From: Desulfobacteraceae bacterium
Lineage (GTDB): Bacteria; Desulfobacterota; Desulfobacteria; Desulfobacterales; JAABRJ01
Assembly (NCBI GenBank): GCA_022340425.1
Contig: JAJDNY010000172.1
Coordinates: 1,252 to 65,251, forward strand
Direction of reading: 5' to 3'
Length of the DNA: 64,000 nucleotides
The notes below the pieces were generated by a model, which was not told the DNA's origin, searched no databases, and saw only the letters and a program-made list of their open reading frames with translations. The position numbers and the translations under genes were made by a program. Shown piece by piece: positions 60,567 through 64,000 of the stretch. The first letter of the stretch is position 1; the number at the start of each line of letters is the position of its first letter.

Positions 60567-61055
60567 ATGCGAAATCCTTTTTTCTTGCTTACGGTGTTCG
60601 CCTTGTCCGCCTTGGCGGCGGGCTGGTTGTATCCGGGGAATCGAACACCTGATGTGGCCTCAACCGCCGCGACCGGCGGCGGGGTCGGGGTGTCGGAGGA
60701 GACTTTCAAGACCGGGACGGCGACGGTGGCACGCGTCGACCCGGCCGCGGACATGGCCGCGTCCAAGGGGCCGGATGCCGGGTCCACGGCCTCCGGAATG
60801 GGCGAAGGGGTGAAGGATCTGCCCGAGGTAAAGGCCGGTGATCGGATCCTCGAGCCCGGGAGCGATTCCGTTGCGGTCGTTCAGGAGGCGGTGATTCGTT
60901 CAGAAGCGAACCAGAGGAGCGCTGACGGGCTGGTTCAGCTGGTGGAAACGACCCGAGCGGCTGAAAGGCTGGGTGAGCGCCTAAAACTTGGGCCCCCGAA
61001 AGGTTCGCTGGCAGAAAGCGCAACGCCTAAAGTCCCGGATTCAAACGAATTGTAA
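60567..61055 (+). CDS. hypothetical secreted protein
   Basis: Signal peptide MRNPFFLLTVFALSALAAG. Preceded by an AT-rich region. No motif recognised. Confidence 0.45.
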   Translation: MRNPFFLLTVFALSALAAGWLYPGNRTPDVASTAATGGGVGVSEETFKTGTATVARVDPAADMAASKGPDAGSTASGMGEGVKDLPEVKAGDRILEPGSDSVAVVQEAVIRSEANQRSADGLVQLVETTRAAERLGERLKLGPPKGSLAESATPKVPDSNEL

Positions 61056-61248
61056 GGTGTCAAAGTCAAGTGGGATCGGCGCAGGGACCGCCTGGCCCAA
61101 ATTATCGCAGAGCCGGGGCAAATTTATGTATTGGACCGAGTGCCCCTCAAGAGCCGGTTTTGAAAATCCGAAAAGCCGGCCCGTGGAACCGAATGCTCAC
61201 CCACTCCAGTTGGTTCCCTGGGTTTAATGAGTTGCCAGCTGCCCCGGC

Positions 61249-61701
61249 ATGACCCAAACCGAGAATGCTGCAAACGGCAAACCTTGTCACACCACAAGCA
61301 GGAACCGGCCACCGGGAAATGAAGATAGGGTCATCCTTTCTTACGGGGGGCTGCTGATGGGCGGCAGCTGTCACGAGATCACCTTCGGACCGAGGCAGGA
61401 ACCGCCGGTCAACGCCTTCTGGTCGCTCACGCTTTACAACGAGCGCCTCTTCCTCAACCCCAACCCTCTCAAGCGTTACGCCCTGGGCAGCAGGGACCAA
61501 AACCTCCAGCGCAATGCCGACGGCTCGCTCACCCTGTACGTGGGGGAAAAATAACCGGGGGGCGAAAAGTATTCGAATTGGCTGCCCGCCCCCAATGGGC
61601 ACTTCTCGTTGCACATCCGGGCCTACTGGGGTAAACCGGCCATCCTGGACGGCTACTGGCAGCCGCCCCAGATCACGAAAATTGACGACCAGCGCGGATA
61701 G
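61249..61701 (+). pseudogene. DUF1214-domain gene remnant (N-terminally truncated, in-frame TAA at 61552..61554)
   Basis: EITFGPRQEPPVNAFWSLTLYN...DGSLTLYVGEK-[TAA]-PGGEKYSNWLPAPNGHFSLHIRAYWGKPAILDGYWQPPQITKI*. The pieces before and after the stop are in the same frame and together match the DUF1214 C-terminal pattern. The DUF1254 half is missing. Confidence 0.65.
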
Positions 61702-61776
61702 GATAGGAAATTCCCGCAACGGGCGGTATTCTTCTGAGCCTGGCGTGACTGCCAGCCGGGGGCAGTCCCCAATGCC

Positions 61777-62193
61777 TCACTCCCCGATGATTTTGACCAG
61801 CACCCGCTTGCGCCGCCGGCCGTCGAACTCGCCGTAAAAAATCCGCTCCCAAGTTCCGAAATCCATTCGCCCGCGGGTCACCGCCACCACCACCTCGCGG
61901 CCCATCACCTGACGCTTCATGTGGGCGTCGGCATTGTCCTCGCCCACATTGTGGCGGTATTGGGCCACCGGCTCGTGGGGGGCCAGCTTCTCCAGCCAAA
62001 CCTCGTAGTCGTGGTGCAGGCCCGGCTCGTCGTCGTTGATGAAGACCGATGCCGTGATGTGCATGGCGTTGACCAGCGCCAAACCCTCGGAAACCCCGCT
62101 CTCATCGATGCATTTCTGGACATCGGCGGTGATGTTGATGAAGGCCCGTCGGGTGGGCACATTGAACCAGAGCTCTTTTCGGTAGCTTTTCAT
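61777..62193 (-). CDS. yjbQ: YjbQ/UPF0047-family protein (secondary thiamine-phosphate synthase-type)
   Basis: Internal ATG at 62193. 138 aa. The patterns INITADVQ...[26 protein letters not shown] and [33 protein letters not shown] are typical of the family. Confidence 0.75.
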   Translation of the reverse strand: MKSYRKELWFNVPTRRAFINITADVQKCIDESGVSEGLALVNAMHITASVFINDDEPGLHHDYEVWLEKLAPHEPVAQYRHNVGEDNADAHMKRQVMGREVVVAVTRGRMDFGTWERIFYGEFDGRRRKRVLVKIIGE

Positions 62194-62405
62194 CCAACCA
62201 TTTCCTTGCTTGTCATTTGCTTCGCACGAAAATCCATCGACTCCAGCTATCAGCGAAACCGTAGCACATCTCGTTTGGAGATTCCAGGATGGCTGGACTA
62301 TCTTAGGCGGCGATCCGTCCACTATTTTGGGAGTAAAAATGTCAACCACCATATGTTGGGGTTGGCCTTTGCGTTGCTGGCGCTCTCTGAACCTGCAAGA
62401 GATAG

Positions 62406-62615
<210 letters not shown>

Positions 62616-62935
62616 AACGGTCATTTGGCACTGTAAATTGTTATCCAAATGCCGGTTGATGCCTGCGGGCATGACCGGCGTTTTTATCTGACCATCCGGT
62701 CACGCCATTATTTCACCTAAACACGCGAAACTTGAATTGCATGGAGGTTTTATTGTAAACAAGGGCTATCTGCCGTTTTTGTGTGTGGGCCAATCACATT
62801 TGCGCTATTCTGCCAAGAAACGGAAAATTCAATCGAGGCCAAGATGAAAAGATCAATTTCGTCGTGATTTAGATGGTTGCGCGATCATTCATTATGGCAT
62901 TCGTGGACTGGCATGATTGGAAATGAGCGCTCTCT

Positions 62936-64000
62936 ATGCCACTATTGCAAACAAAGCTCTACAGGCCGCCGATACCAGCAGACCATGTGAATCGCACGCG
63001 TCTCAAGGCGCGCTTGGAGAAAAACCTCGATCGCCCCGTGGCGTTGGTCATCGCACCAGCCGGATATGGCAAAAGTACCCTGGTCAGTTACTGGCTGGAA
63101 GACTCCGCCCGACCAAGCGTCTGGCTGTCCCTTGACGAAGCGGATAACGACCTGCATCTGTTTCTTTCATACGTTATCACCGCCGTTCATTCTATATACC
63201 CTGAGGCGTTAAACGAAACCGCCGACCTGATCGACGCACCGACTCTCCCGCCAACACCGACGCTGTTAGTGACTTTCCTGAACGAGTTGGATCGAATCCC
63301 GTCCCCGTTTATCGTCGTTCTGGATGATATTCACCGCATTCAAAACCAATTGATATACGAATTTCTCAATGGCCTGCTGCAGCATCCACCACGCTCCCTG
63401 CAGCTTGTCCTGGTGGGTCGGCGCGATCCCCTGTTGCCGATTGCCACCTTGCGCGCCAAAGGGTTGCTGAGCGAGTTTCGCATGTGGGATTTGCTTTTTA
63501 CGCCGGAGGAGACGTTTGAACTCCTGCAGCGGATGCTGGGGCGTCAGGGGACTCAGGCCATGGCGGCCGAATGGACGCAGAAGACCGAGGGATGGGTGAC
63601 GGGCTTGCGTCTGGCGGCCCTTGCCATGCGCGGGCGAAATCTTTCCAGCCAGCAATTGCTGCAATTGCAGGGCAACACGCGATATGTGATGGATTACTTG
63701 GTCAGCGAGGTTTTGGACAAACAGCCCCCCGGCATCCGCCGCCTGCTCCTGAATACCGCCATCCTGCATCGCTTCTGCGCGCCCCTCTGCGAGGCGCTTG
63801 ATTCAACCCACGGCACGACAGAAATGAATGGCATTACCGGTCAAGCCTTTATCCAGTTCTTGCGCGAGAACAACCTTTTTGTGATCCCCCTGGATACGGA
63901 AGACCGATGGTTCCGATATCATCATCTTTTCGGGGATTTTCTGGAGCGGCAGCTGCGAACCCAAAGAAAACCCGATGACGTTGTCGCGTTGAATAAAGCC
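62936..64000 (+). CDS. MalT/LuxR-type STAND ATPase transcriptional regulator, 3' end outside the window
   Basis: Not in the ORF track because it has no stop. Hand translation from ATG 62936: MPLLQTKLYRPPIPADHVNRTRLKARLE..., Walker A APAGYGKST, Walker B FIVVLDDIH, and the WFRYHHLFGDFL motif typical of MalT-like regulators. Confidence 0.75.
   Translation, partial: MPLLQTKLYRPPIPADHVNRTRLKARLEKNLDRPVALVIAPAGYGKSTLVSYWLEDSARPSVWLSLDEADNDLHLFLSYVITAVHSIYPEALNETADLIDAPTLPPTPTLLVTFLNELDRIPSPFIVVLDDIHRIQNQLIYEFLNGLLQHPPRSLQLVLVGRRDPLLPIATLRAKGLLSEFRMWDLLFTPEETFELLQRMLGRQGTQAMAAEWTQKTEGWVTGLRLAALAMRGRNLSSQQLLQLQGNTRYVMDYLVSEVLDKQPPGIRRLLLNTAILHRFCAPLCEALDSTHGTTEMNGITGQAFIQFLRENNLFVIPLDTEDRWFRYHHLFGDFLERQLRTQRKPDDVVALNKA

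Noticed and set aside
61514-61837. 107-aa plus-strand ORF overlapping the DUF1214 remnant
   Set aside because: It is in a different frame from the family-typical sequence, with an Arg/Ser/Pro-rich low-complexity product. Spurious.

Overview
High-GC bacterial chromosome segment (mid-60s % GC by eye). Gene content suggests an anaerobic Desulfobacterota/deltaproteobacterial-type organism: DUF3842, PEP-CTERM, DUF342, a predicted selenoprotein. That taxonomic guess is inference only. From about 1 to 50.6 kb the window is mostly core housekeeping genes:
- ModF-like ABC ATPase (partial), tRNA-Ala(GGC), PpiD
- AMMECR1 (frameshifted), DUF47 and PiT phosphate transporter, large M16 peptidase
- MaeB malic enzyme, class A PBP, OmpA-like lipoprotein, EF-G paralog, M48/TPR BepA-like protease
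- ParA/ParB, IspH, PlsY, acyl-ACP thioesterase, Usp, O-methyltransferase, SSF symporter
- nicotinate PRTase-like, CTP synthase, enolase, NfeD-FloA

From about 50.6 kb to the window end the composition changes (visibly lower GC, AT-rich spacers) and the content looks accessory:
- a clearly low-GC UPF0182 membrane protein gene
- a compact orphan PKS-like operon: an AT-ACP-KS-ACP megasynthase, a MetE-type Zn thiol-alkyltransferase homolog and an FAD monooxygenase-like protein
- a secreted hypothetical protein, decayed gene fragments, YjbQ
- a MalT/LuxR-type STAND regulator running off the window

Most notable observations:
1. The PKS-like operon, which has a non-canonical domain order.
2. An in-frame UGA exactly at the redox-active Cys position of a CoADR/NADH-oxidase-family flavoprotein, with an fdhF-like SECIS hairpin (predicted selenoprotein).
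3. A co-directional DUF342(FapA)/membrane protein/lipoprotein/XPB-like helicase gene set of unknown function.
4. A promoter, structured leader and strong intrinsic terminator upstream of the SSF symporter (candidate riboswitch, attenuator or small RNA).

No CRISPR array, transposase or integrase was recognised. Many long ORFs antisense to real genes are GC-driven artefacts. All family assignments come from motifs read by eye. No database search was run.
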